Shown: positions 29,880 to 39,797, counted from the stretch's first letter. The stretch: 64,000 nucleotides of DNA from Sphingomonadales bacterium UBA6171 (GCA_002422985.1 DITZ01000048.1:15858-79857), one strand, 5' to 3'. Notes: generated by a model from the sequence alone, not told the origin. Numbers and translations are program-made.

Positions 29880-31540
29880 GGGAGGCAGTGCCCGATCCTT
29901 CAGGCTGGCGGCTGTGGCGCAGCCGGGACGCGATGCAAAATCTCGTCGAAACCGGCGTGTGGGAAAACCGCACCACCTGGCAGGATGCCATGGACCTGGC
30001 CCGGTCAGACCCGGACGGCGTCGCCATCTGGTTCGACGACGGCAGCGCGCTGACCTACCGTCAGGGCGTGGAGGAGGCGCGGCGGCTGGCGTCGGCGCTG
30101 ACAGCGCTCGGCCTGCGCCAGGGTGATGTGGTGAGCGCCAATCTGCCAAACTGGCGGGAGATGGCGATCATCAATCTGGCCTGCTGCGCGCTGGGGCTGG
30201 TCATCAACCCGATCATTCCGATCTACCGCGATCGCGAGGTGGCTTTCATCCTGAAGGACGCCGGCTCGCGCCTGCTGTTCACGCCGGGCGGCACGGCCAG
30301 CTTCGATTATCCCGCCATGGCGGCGCGCCTTGCGGCGAGCACGCCATCGCTGGCGCATATCGTGACGGTGCGGCCGGGCGAGAGCGACAGCGCCACCCTG
30401 AGCTACGCCAGGCTGGTCGGGGATGGCCATCCGCAACGCTTCGAAGCGGCCGACGTCAATCCCAATCACGTCAAGCTGCTGATGTATACCTCCGGCACCA
30501 CCGGCGTTCCCAAAGGGGTGCTGCACAGCCATAACACGCTGCGCCGTTCGGCGGCCAATTCCCGCGAGGCGCGGGGCGTGGGGGAAGGCGACATCATGCT
30601 GATGGCGTCGCCGGTCACCCATGTGACCGGCTATTCGTCGCTGGAGCAGGCCTTTAATTCCCCGATCAAGACCGCCCTCATGGCGCGCTGGGACAAGGCG
30701 GCGGCCATTGATTTCATCAATCGCACCGGGGCCAGCCTGACGGTCGGTGCGACGCCTTTTCTGAAAGAGCTTCTGGACGAAGCGGAAGCGCGCGGCACCG
30801 GCCTGCCCAGTCTGCGCCAATTTGCCTGCGGAGGCGCGGAAGTGTCTCCCCAACTCATCAATCGCGCGCATCAGACGCTGGATCATTGTCGCTGCTTCCG
30901 GGTCTTTGGAAGCACCGAGGTCCCGCTCGTCACACAGGGTTTCCAGCGGCCCGAACAGGCGGATCTGGCAGCCGAAACCGATGGTCGCATCTATAATTAC
31001 GATGTGCGCATCGTCGATGCAGATGGCCAGGAGGTCGCACCGGGCGAGGAGGGCGAAATCCTCGCGCGCGGGCCGGCCATGTTCCTCGGCTATACGGACT
31101 GGAATGAAACGGTGAAGGCTGTCGACGAAGACGGCTATTTTCATACCGGCGACCTTGCGCGCCGGGGGCCGGCGAACAGCATCGTGGTCAGCGGCCGGCT
31201 GAAAGATCTGATCATCCGGGGCGGCGAGAATCTCAGCGCGAAAGAGATTGAGGATGTCCTCAGTCTCCATCCCGCCATTCAGGAAGCGTCCGTGGTTTCC
31301 ATGCCGGATGCCAGGCTGGGCGAGGCTGTTTGCGCCTTTCTCATTCTGCGGGCGGACTGTCCGGTGCCCAGCGTAGAGGATATCAGCCAGTTTGTGCGGC
31401 AACAGAGACTTGCCCCACAAAAAGCGCCTGCCCGTATCGAAATCATCAGCCAGTTTCCAATGACGGCGTCCGGCAAGATTCAGAAAAATGTTCTGCGTGA
31501 AAGAGTTCGCGAAACTATAAATAATATTCTGGAGGGATAA
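29876..31540 (+). CDS. Acyl-CoA ligase (cyclohexanecarboxylate-CoA ligase-like)
   Basis: YTSGTTGVPKG, FGSTE, FHTGD, GRLKDLIIRGGEN, SGKIQK. Confidence 0.92.
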   Translation: MREAVPDPSGWRLWRSRDAMQNLVETGVWENRTTWQDAMDLARSDPDGVAIWFDDGSALTYRQGVEEARRLASALTALGLRQGDVVSANLPNWREMAIINLACCALGLVINPIIPIYRDREVAFILKDAGSRLLFTPGGTASFDYPAMAARLAASTPSLAHIVTVRPGESDSATLSYARLVGDGHPQRFEAADVNPNHVKLLMYTSGTTGVPKGVLHSHNTLRRSAANSREARGVGEGDIMLMASPVTHVTGYSSLEQAFNSPIKTALMARWDKAAAIDFINRTGASLTVGATPFLKELLDEAEARGTGLPSLRQFACGGAEVSPQLINRAHQTLDHCRCFRVFGSTEVPLVTQGFQRPEQADLAAETDGRIYNYDVRIVDADGQEVAPGEEGEILARGPAMFLGYTDWNETVKAVDEDGYFHTGDLARRGPANSIVVSGRLKDLIIRGGENLSAKEIEDVLSLHPAIQEASVVSMPDARLGEAVCAFLILRADCPVPSVEDISQFVRQQRLAPQKAPARIEIISQFPMTASGKIQKNVLRERVRETINNILEG

Positions 31541-31543
31541 ACA

Positions 31544-33922
31544 GTGTTTAAGAATTCTATCTTTTTGTCAGGCTGTGCAGTCGCCACTCTTGCCTGGAGT
31601 GGATTATCTGCTCCGGCCCTTGCGCAGGACAGCAAGGCGGCGGCTTCGGATGCGGCGGGCGCTGTGGAGAATGAAACGATTATCGTCACCGCCCGTCGGC
31701 GTGATGAAGCCCTTCAGGATGTGCCGATTGCCATCGCATCCATTGGTGGAGACGCGCTCGTCCGGTCGCAGATCACCAAGCCGGAAGCGCTTGCAGCGCG
31801 GGTTCCCACGCTGAATATCGCGGTGGGTGGTTCGGGTTCGGGCGGCCAGGTGAGTCTGCGCGGGATCGGGTCCTCCAATGTGTCCGCGGCGTTCGATAGT
31901 GCGGTTGCGCTCGATTTCGACGGCATTGTGGTCAGCTCGATGCGCATTGTTCAGGCCGGCTTTTTCGATGTCGCCCAGATCGACGTTCTGAAGGGCCCGC
32001 AATCCCTCTATTTCGGCAAGAGCGCGACCGCCGGCGTCATTTCGCTCCGGTCCGCAGACCCCACGTCGACACCCGAGGCAGCGGTGCGCGGGTCCTATGA
32101 GTTCGAAGAAAAGGGCTATACTGTCGAAGGCTATGTCTCCGGACCGATCAGCGATACGCTGGGCTTCCGCATTGCCGGCCGCTATAACAAGATAGAAGAG
32201 CTTTATTATAATGGGGCACCAAATGTCGCCAATCCCTATCGGGGAGAGAAAAACGTCAATCTGCGCGGCACGCTCGAATGGAAGCCGAGTTCGGAATTCA
32301 CGCTCAATCTCAAGGCCAATTATGTCGGCCACAGTAACGACGGTGAAATCCGGCACACGCGGATCGATTGCGCCGCGAACGGAGTGGCCGATCCCCTCTG
32401 GGTGCTGGGCGGGGGTGTGGTCATTCCGGCCGGCTATGATTGCAACCCGTTCGGCAATGTTTTCTGGCTGCCCGATTCCGCGGTGCCCCTGGGCCGGAAA
32501 GCGCCGCCGGGCATGGACAATAATGGCGGGGTTCCGTTCAATGAAACGGATATCTTTCTTCTGCGCTCAAAAGCGGACATAGTGCTGCGGGACAATTTGT
32601 CCGTGTCGCTGGTAACCGGATATTTCGATTTCAAATCGCGCGGCCAGGATTTCTACGCTTATGGCGGCATGGTCGGGATCGGTACCGACCTGAACCTCAA
32701 CCGCACCAAGCAGTTCAGCCAGGAAATACGCGTCACCAGCGACAATACCGGTCCGTTCAACTGGCTGTTTGGTGCCTTTTACGAACATCGGGACATCCTG
32801 TTCGAAGCTGCCCAGAATGCGGTCAACATATCCTTTCTGGCGGCTGACCCGATCACCGGCTCTACCTTCGACTGGCGCCGCCAGCATTACACCACGACAG
32901 ACGCATATTCGGTCTTCGGCAATATTTTGCTGGAACCCACAGACCGGCTGGAGCTGTCGGCCGGCCTGCGGTATACCAAGGAGGAGAAGTCGAACCGCAT
33001 CCGGGTGCCGTTCGTTCACGCCGTTTTGTCCGGGCCGCCATTCAACTTCCTCAAAAGTGGCTTCGTATCGCCACAGATATACTTCAACGATGATAATGTT
33101 TCGCCGGAAGTCTCGGTAAAATACCGGCTGGACGACAACGCCATGGTCTATGCCTCCTACAAGAAGGGCTTCAAATCAGGCGGGATCGACAATAGCGCTT
33201 TGCCTTCAAGCGGGTTGAGTGCCATGGCTCAGTCGGGCGATTTTTCCCAACTCATCTTCGACTCAGAGACTGCCAAAGGCTTTGAATTGGGTATGAAGAG
33301 CTCACTGGCTCAAAACAGTATGCAACTGAACCTTACCCTGTTCAACTACACCTTTACAGACCTGCAGATACAAAGCTTCGATCCGGTCGCTATCCAGTAT
33401 AGCACAAGCAATGCCGGCGAACTGCGATCACGCGGCGGCGATCTGGAGTTTCGCTGGGACACGCCGGTGGACGGCCTGGCTCTTGGAACAGTAGTTGCCT
33501 ACACTGATGCCGAATTTACCAAATCCTATATCAGCAATGCCGGGATCGACCTGAATGGCCGGGCGGCGCCCAGAGCGCCCAAATGGTCCGGCAATCTGTC
33601 GCTGGATTGGAAGATTCCCGTTTCTGACAGTTTTGACCTCAGTCTGTTCGGCCTCGCTAATTACAGCGGATCCTATTATGCCGATGCAACCAGCTTAAAC
33701 GATTATATGCAGGATAGTTACGTTACATTTGACGCGAATGTTTCGATCGGTTCTTCGAACGATCGTTGGCGTCTTTCCCTTATAGCCAATAATCTGACCG
33801 ACAAAATCTATGTCAACCAGGCTTCGGGGCGACCGTTTCGGCGTGCGGGAGTGGGCGATGATCTGGCCCTCACACAGAATAGGGGCCGGCAAATCTTTCT
33901 GGAGCTCGCTTTGAAATACTGA
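31544..33922 (+). CDS. TonB-dependent receptor
   Basis: Signal peptide, TIIVTARRRDEALQDVP, VLKGPQSLYFGK, terminal aromatic residue. Confidence 0.95.
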   Translation: MFKNSIFLSGCAVATLAWSGLSAPALAQDSKAAASDAAGAVENETIIVTARRRDEALQDVPIAIASIGGDALVRSQITKPEALAARVPTLNIAVGGSGSGGQVSLRGIGSSNVSAAFDSAVALDFDGIVVSSMRIVQAGFFDVAQIDVLKGPQSLYFGKSATAGVISLRSADPTSTPEAAVRGSYEFEEKGYTVEGYVSGPISDTLGFRIAGRYNKIEELYYNGAPNVANPYRGEKNVNLRGTLEWKPSSEFTLNLKANYVGHSNDGEIRHTRIDCAANGVADPLWVLGGGVVIPAGYDCNPFGNVFWLPDSAVPLGRKAPPGMDNNGGVPFNETDIFLLRSKADIVLRDNLSVSLVTGYFDFKSRGQDFYAYGGMVGIGTDLNLNRTKQFSQEIRVTSDNTGPFNWLFGAFYEHRDILFEAAQNAVNISFLAADPITGSTFDWRRQHYTTTDAYSVFGNILLEPTDRLELSAGLRYTKEEKSNRIRVPFVHAVLSGPPFNFLKSGFVSPQIYFNDDNVSPEVSVKYRLDDNAMVYASYKKGFKSGGIDNSALPSSGLSAMAQSGDFSQLIFDSETAKGFELGMKSSLAQNSMQLNLTLFNYTFTDLQIQSFDPVAIQYSTSNAGELRSRGGDLEFRWDTPVDGLALGTVVAYTDAEFTKSYISNAGIDLNGRAAPRAPKWSGNLSLDWKIPVSDSFDLSLFGLANYSGSYYADATSLNDYMQDSYVTFDANVSIGSSNDRWRLSLIANNLTDKIYVNQASGRPFRRAGVGDDLALTQNRGRQIFLELALKY

Positions 33923-33964
33923 ATCCATAGCCATTCCATTGTTACAGTAAGAGGAGTCTCGATC

Positions 33965-35503
33965 ATGGTAGAAACAGTGACCGGAAAAAACCGGTCAAAC
34001 GGTTTATCTTATCAGGAACTCCTCAAGATGGACTCGAGGAATGTGCCGGCTGCACTAAAAAAGCAGTCCGCTCTGGATCATGCACCGCTGTCTCTCGGGG
34101 TTGAGCGATATTATAGTCGCGAATTCCACGATCTCGAAGTCGAAAAACTCTGGCGACGCGTGTGGCAACTGGCTTGCCACGAAGATGATATTCCCGAGAT
34201 CGGGGATGCGTTGGTTTATGACATCGCGTCGCTTTCGTTCGTGGTGGTGCGGACGGGAAAAGACGAATTTTCCGCTTATCCCAATGCCTGTCGCCACAGG
34301 GGTCGCCGTCTGCTGGATGCCGACAAGAAAGGGCTGGCGATTTTTCGATGCCCTTTTCACGGCTGGTCATGGAAGCTGGACGGAACGCTGAAGGAAATCC
34401 CGTGCCAATGGGATTTTCCGGGCGTAACCGAAGAAACCCACTCTCTCACCAAGGTGAAAACCGGCCGCTGGGGTGGGTTTGTCTTTATCAATCCCGACCC
34501 GAAGGCCCAGCCTCTGGAGGATTTCCTGGGGGACATAGACGAGCATTGGACGACGCTGCCGTTCGAGCGGCGCTACAAGGCCGTGCATGTGGCCAAGAAG
34601 CTGCCCTGCAACTGGAAAATTGCCCAGGAAGCCTTTATGGAATCCTATCACGTGGTCGCGACGCACCCCACGCTCCTCTATGAGATGGGCGACGCCAATT
34701 CGCAGTATGACAGCTTCGGCATGCTTTCGCGCGCCATTTCCCCGCAGGGCATCGCCAGCCCGCACGTCAACACCGACCTTGCCGGCGATCCGCATGCCGA
34801 TACCACCCCCTTCACCAATTACCGTCACCCCATAACCGGTGATTTTTTTGAGCGGCTCGGCGAGGACCGCATCCGGCTGACCAAGGCTGACGGCCGGGTC
34901 GGGATTTTCAATTCCCGCGCAGAGCCGCTGGAAGGCGAACTGGTCAATGCGGACCCGCATGTCTGCAACTGGTTCGCCGGCCGGCTGACGCCCGAGATGG
35001 AATCGGCAAGGCATGTTTTCGGTGCCTTGCCGGTGGCCGAGGCGCGTGCGAGCCGCGCTGCCGCCAAGCGGGAGCAGTTGCGACCATTGATGGGCGACGA
35101 GATCGACGCGGTGTGTGACGCCGAACTGGTCGATTCCATCTACTACAGCATCTTTCCCAACATCAGTCCCTGGGGCAGCTACAATCCGATCTTCTACCGG
35201 TTCCGGCCGGATGGTGATCATCCGGAACAATGTATCCACGAAGTCATGTTCATGCTCCCGGTTCCAAAAGGACAGCAGCGTCCGCGCCCGGCGCCGATCC
35301 ACTGGCTCGGCCTGGACGATGATTATATGAAAGCCCCCGAACTCGGCAGTCTGGCAAAAGTGTTCAATCAGGATTTACTGAACCTGCCGGCCGTCCAACT
35401 GGGGTTGCGCAGCATTTCAGGCGGAAAAGTCACGCTTGCAGAATATCAGGAACTCAAGATTCGGCATTTTCACGCCACTTTGAACGAATGGCTTGATCAA
35501 TAG
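33965..35503 (+). CDS. Rieske non-heme iron oxygenase, alpha subunit
   Basis: CRHRG...CPFHGW Rieske motif; NWK...EAFMESYHVVATH mononuclear Fe site. Confidence 0.94.
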   Translation: MVETVTGKNRSNGLSYQELLKMDSRNVPAALKKQSALDHAPLSLGVERYYSREFHDLEVEKLWRRVWQLACHEDDIPEIGDALVYDIASLSFVVVRTGKDEFSAYPNACRHRGRRLLDADKKGLAIFRCPFHGWSWKLDGTLKEIPCQWDFPGVTEETHSLTKVKTGRWGGFVFINPDPKAQPLEDFLGDIDEHWTTLPFERRYKAVHVAKKLPCNWKIAQEAFMESYHVVATHPTLLYEMGDANSQYDSFGMLSRAISPQGIASPHVNTDLAGDPHADTTPFTNYRHPITGDFFERLGEDRIRLTKADGRVGIFNSRAEPLEGELVNADPHVCNWFAGRLTPEMESARHVFGALPVAEARASRAAAKREQLRPLMGDEIDAVCDAELVDSIYYSIFPNISPWGSYNPIFYRFRPDGDHPEQCIHEVMFMLPVPKGQQRPRPAPIHWLGLDDDYMKAPELGSLAKVFNQDLLNLPAVQLGLRSISGGKVTLAEYQELKIRHFHATLNEWLDQ

Positions 35504-35657
35504 TGGCGCACTGGGCAGAGCAGGCGCGCCACTTCATACAGTCGAGACAGACAAATCGACCACAAAAGTGCAGCTTCCTGCCGACGGGCAGATCGAATTC
35601 AACGGCCTGGTCGATATGGAATACGAGCTCGGCACCCGCATTGCGCCGATCTCCTGA
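35493..35657 (+). pseudogene. Stand-alone lipoyl/biotinyl-attachment domain, N-terminally truncated
   Basis: Manual translation LINSGALGRAGAPLHTVETDKSTTKVQLPADGQIEFNGLVDMEYELGTRIAPIS*; ETDK lipoylation-type motif; not in the ORF track. Confidence 0.65.
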
Positions 35658-35687
35658 AACCGGTGAAACAAGTGGAGCAGACCCGAA

Positions 35688-36101
35688 ATGACCAGCGAGC
35701 TGTTTATAGTCGATCAGGCCGGGAAGGCGCACATGATCGCCGGCAAGAACCGCGCGAACGGGCAGATCGTCTTTCCCTGTCCCGCAGGCGAGCAGGAGGG
35801 CGTCTATGACCGGATCGAGCTTCCGCACAGCGGCACCTTATGGACCTATACCATACAGCGTATTCCGCCGAAGAACCCGCCCTATGCCGGCGTGACCAGT
35901 CCGGAAGACTATGCGCCTTTTGGGGTCGGCTATGTCCGCCTCGGCGATGACATCATGATCGAAGCCCGGCTCGAGGCCGATCCCGGGAGCCTTCAAATTG
36001 GCATGCAGATGGATTGCGTTGCGATCTCGCTGGCCAGAGCCGACGGCACAGCGATGACGACTTTTGCCTTTGCCCCCAGCCAAAGGAGCCATAACCCATG
36101 A
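35688..36101 (+). CDS. DUF35/OB-fold protein (BbsA-like thiolase partner)
   Basis: GTLWTYTIQRIPPKNPPY, PFGVGYVRL, IEARL; ATGA overlap with the thiolase. Confidence 0.88.
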   Translation: MTSELFIVDQAGKAHMIAGKNRANGQIVFPCPAGEQEGVYDRIELPHSGTLWTYTIQRIPPKNPPYAGVTSPEDYAPFGVGYVRLGDDIMIEARLEADPGSLQIGMQMDCVAISLARADGTAMTTFAFAPSQRSHNP

Positions 36102-37243
36102 GCGATGTATATATCATAGGTGCCGGCATCCACCCGTTCGGACGACATGACGGCAAATCGGGTCTCGACCTTGGTGTCGAGGCCACACGGTCGGCATTGG
36201 ACGACTGCGGACTGGCGTGGCCGGATATAGAGACCGCATTCGGGGGATCCTCAGCCTCGGGGAATGCCGACGCCCTGATGCCGCGAATGGGCCTCACCGG
36301 TATTCAGTTCATCAATGTCGTCAATGGCTGCGCAACCGGTGGATCTTCGCTTCTGTCCGCTTACTGGGCAATCAAGGCCGGTGAGTTTGACACGGCCCTG
36401 GCGGTTGGCTTCGACAAGCATCCCCGCGGGTCCTTCAATCCGGACCCCGACAAATATGGGCTGCCGCAATGGTATGGCGAAATCGGCCTGATGTTGACAA
36501 CCCAGTTCTTCGCCATGAAGATTCAGCGCTATATGCACGATCATGGCATTTCAGCCCGAACGCTCGCCCGCGTCGCGTCCAAGGCGTTCGACAATGGTTC
36601 GCGCACGCCCCACGCCTGGCGGCGCACGGCGATGGACGAAGACGCGATCCTTGCATCCCGCATGATCAGCGACCCCTTGACGCAATATATGTTCTGCAGC
36701 CCATCAGAGGGCGGCGTGGCGCTGATCCTCGCTTCGGAGAAAAAAGCCCGTGAATTGGGACGCAATCACGTCAGGCTGCGGTCTGGCGCCGTGAAAACAA
36801 GGCCTGAAAACAGCTTTGAAGTGTTTTCCCCGGCTCTTTCTGTCGAGCGGGGTGAAACGCCTACCATGCTTGCGTCGCGCGCCGCCTTTGAAAAGGCGGG
36901 CCTTGGTCCCAAAGACATTGATGTGGCGCAGATACAGGATACCGAAAGCGGCGCTGAAATCATGCATATGGCCGAAAACGGCTTTTGCCGTGACGGTGAG
37001 CAGGAACAATGGATTGCCGAAGGGCGAACCGCGTTCGGCGGGCAATTGCCCATCAATACCGACGGCGGCTGTATCGCCTGCGGCGAACCGATCGGTGCGT
37101 CCGGCCTGCGACAGGTGTATGAAAATATTCTTCAACTGCGCGGACAGGCCGAAAACAGGCAGGTCGAAAACGCCAGACTGGCCTATTCGCAAGTCTATGG
37201 AGCACCGGGACTTTCCGCCGTCGCCATATTAGAGAAAATATGA
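36098..37243 (+). CDS. SCP2-type / BbsB-like thiolase
   Basis: VVNGCATGG (nucleophilic Cys), INTDGGCIACGEPIGASG. Confidence 0.9.
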   Translation: MSDVYIIGAGIHPFGRHDGKSGLDLGVEATRSALDDCGLAWPDIETAFGGSSASGNADALMPRMGLTGIQFINVVNGCATGGSSLLSAYWAIKAGEFDTALAVGFDKHPRGSFNPDPDKYGLPQWYGEIGLMLTTQFFAMKIQRYMHDHGISARTLARVASKAFDNGSRTPHAWRRTAMDEDAILASRMISDPLTQYMFCSPSEGGVALILASEKKARELGRNHVRLRSGAVKTRPENSFEVFSPALSVERGETPTMLASRAAFEKAGLGPKDIDVAQIQDTESGAEIMHMAENGFCRDGEQEQWIAEGRTAFGGQLPINTDGGCIACGEPIGASGLRQVYENILQLRGQAENRQVENARLAYSQVYGAPGLSAVAILEKI

Positions 37244-37304
37244 TGCCGCCGGTTATCAAGATAATTTTTTCCTTTTATTATAATTTAAATGTATAATCCA
37301 GAGC

Positions 37305-38021
37305 ATGGAACAGTTTGCGTTGCTTAAGATTAAAACAACTTATGGCAGCTACGCTATGGCAGAACGGCGCCAGCGAATCCTTTATGAAGTCCGGAAACAC
37401 CTCAACGAGGAGGGTCTGGAAGGATTCAGCATGCGCGAGATCAGCAAAAGGGCGAATGTCGCACCCAAGACGCTCTATAATGCCTTTGGTGATCGGGATC
37501 GATTGATCGGCGCCGCCATCCGCGAAGTCTATGATGCGGTTCGGCAGAATGTCCAGTTCAGAACGTCAGACAGAACGCTTGAGGGGCTGCTGGATCGCGC
37601 CATCGTGCTGAATCGCGGCAATCTGAAAGCGCGCAATTACGCGCAGGCCGTAGCCACAATCTATTTCAGTCCCAGTGCAAATCCCTATCCGCGCTTATTA
37701 TTGCAGGAGATGGCGGTGGGCAACACCAGTCAATGGCTGGAAGATGTTCGTGCCAGGGGCGGGCTTCACGATTGGGTGAATATTGAACATCTGACGCGCC
37801 ACATGGCAAATATGGAATATGGTCTCGTTCTTGATTGGGCAACGAACCGCGTGCAGGATTCGGAATATCTTTTTCGCTTCGTCGAAATTATTCTCTTCAG
37901 CGCGTTGGCAGCAACGACCGGAGAAGTCAGAGAAACAGCAAATGAGCTGCTGACCAGAATGGTCGCCACCGGCGAACTGCCCAAGTTCGAGAACCCAATC
38001 ATTCGCCCACAAAATCAATAG
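37305..38021 (+). CDS. TetR/AcrR family regulator
   Basis: FSMREISKRANVAPKTLYNAFGDRD HTH; start may be 37356. Confidence 0.9.
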   Translation: MEQFALLKIKTTYGSYAMAERRQRILYEVRKHLNEEGLEGFSMREISKRANVAPKTLYNAFGDRDRLIGAAIREVYDAVRQNVQFRTSDRTLEGLLDRAIVLNRGNLKARNYAQAVATIYFSPSANPYPRLLLQEMAVGNTSQWLEDVRARGGLHDWVNIEHLTRHMANMEYGLVLDWATNRVQDSEYLFRFVEIILFSALAATTGEVRETANELLTRMVATGELPKFENPIIRPQNQ

Positions 38022-38069
38022 AGCATTCGCCCTGGCGCGATAACTGACGCTCCATCTCGGCAGCAGGCC

Positions 38070-38250
38070 AGCCATTGTTCGCGCCGTCGGGCGATCTTCG
38101 GGTGCAGATGTTCGGCGGGCAACAGGCCTTTTTTTTTCAGGCCCCACCCCTCGGCATGCACAAAGCGCCAGACCTGCTCATCATCGACCTTCACGCCCCG
38201 CTTGCCCAGCCCGGCGACAAAAACCCGCAAGGTAAAGTCGCACTCCGCCC
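38070..38250 (-). mobile_element. IS630-family transposase relic
   Basis: CDFTLRVFVAGLGKRGVKVDDEQVWRFVHAEGWGLKKKGLLPAEHLHPKIARRREQW matches the IS630 HTH/KKK junction; A9 run at 38129-38137; no DDE domain follows. Confidence 0.75.
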
Positions 38251-38323
38251 GGTGCCGACAGGGGGCGACAAGCGGGACTCGCTGATACAGCCCTCAGCAG
38301 CGCTGATCTGGGGGATGCGCCGG

Positions 38324-39160
38324 TCACAGCGCTGCCACCGCCTGGATGGTCAGGCTGGAAAGCCGGGCGATCTCCGGCGCACGACCGGGCCTGGTCTCGA
38401 CGATACAGGCCAGCGTCGGCAGCAGCGGCAGCAGATTGCTGTCCAGCGGCCGGAAATCGCGCAGGAACAGCGGCGTCCGCGCGGTAATCCCCAGCCCGGC
38501 CGCAACGGCCGCGCGCAGGGCGGACAGATTCGGCGTCTCCACCGCGATCCGGTGCGGGATACCCGCCGCGTCCAGGCTGCGGATCGCTGCCTCGCGGAAC
38601 CGGCATGGCTTTTCCAGCACGGCAAGCGGGATGACCGTGCGTCGGGGCAGGTCCAACTCGCCATACCAGCGCATGGCCGACGTGCGCACAGCCTTCGGGT
38701 CCTGCTTGTCAGAGAAGCCCACCAGTACATCGAGCTGGCCGCGCTCCAGCAGGTCCTGCAACTCGGCGGTATCGCCCAGCCGGGCAAATAGGGCGGACTC
38801 CGGGTGCAGCCTGGCAAAGCTTTTCAGCACGCCGGTCATCAATGTCTCGGCAAAATCCTGCACCGTGCCGAACCTGACCGAGCCGGGAAAATCCTTGCCC
38901 CCCACCGCCTGAAGCGCCTCGTCGTGCAGGGCCAGCACGCGGCGGGCATAGCCCAGCAGGGTTTCGCCCGCCGGCGTCAGCGACAGCCGTCCGCCATCGC
39001 GCACGAACAGTTGTTGCTGGACCAGCTCCTCCAGCCGCTTGACCTGGAGGCTGATGGCGGACTGCGTGATACAGACCTTGCCCGTTGCCGACAGCATCGA
39101 GCCTTCGTCGGCAATGGCGACGAAGCTGCGCAGGAAGGGGGTTGGAAGATTTACCGCCAC
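38324..39160 (-). CDS. LysR family regulator
   Basis: LRSFVAIADEGSMLSA...ITQSAISLQVKRLEE...LTPAGE. Confidence 0.93.
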   Translation of the reverse strand: MAVNLPTPFLRSFVAIADEGSMLSATGKVCITQSAISLQVKRLEELVQQQLFVRDGGRLSLTPAGETLLGYARRVLALHDEALQAVGGKDFPGSVRFGTVQDFAETLMTGVLKSFARLHPESALFARLGDTAELQDLLERGQLDVLVGFSDKQDPKAVRTSAMRWYGELDLPRRTVIPLAVLEKPCRFREAAIRSLDAAGIPHRIAVETPNLSALRAAVAAGLGITARTPLFLRDFRPLDSNLLPLLPTLACIVETRPGRAPEIARLSSLTIQAVAAL

Positions 39161-39797
39161 CCGGTGCAACCCACATACGAATGCGCCACACCGGCGGCCA
39201 TGTCAGCGCGCCGCGCGCTGTTGCCGGCCCACACGCGCCGCCGGCGCAAACTGCCGCTTCCCTGACAAGCGCAGGCCGGGGCGCTTTCCCATCCGAGCAT
39301 CATCCGGGCCACGAGACAATGTCTCCTTCCGGGCGGAACCGCAGGCTTCAGCGGCACGCCCCGCGGGGCGGAAGGGGCGGCGGGCATGAAGGCCGGCGCG
39401 CCGGCTTGTGGCCTCGGCCAGATTTCGAAGGCTATCCACGGTCACAAGGGTCATCAGGCTCTCCAAATCTGGTCAGAGGTCGGAAGCCTGGCGTGATCGC
39501 CTCGGCAAAGTCCCGCATGGTGGCGCCGGTGGGGATGCCCTCCGAGCGGGCCATGATAGTATGGCAGGCGGGGAGGCTATGACAACCGGGGTATTGGCAC
39601 AAGAATGCCAGACCGGGAAATTGTTGGCTGCTTTGCAGGGGGTCATATCGCCCGCAATATCGTAACGGTCCGCCCTGACGTCATTCAGCGGGAGGGCAAG
39701 AGGGTCCGCACCATTCCCGCGGATGCTGGATATGGCCCCGTTCACGAAATAGTGGGCTGCGCGCCACCCAGTGGGCGGGCGGGGCGTTTGTTTTCCG

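Noticed and set aside
35503-35691. 62-aa ORF from the track between the Rieske and OB-fold genes
   Set aside because: No recognisable motif; the overlapping frame 35493-35657 carries the lipoyl-domain signature instead
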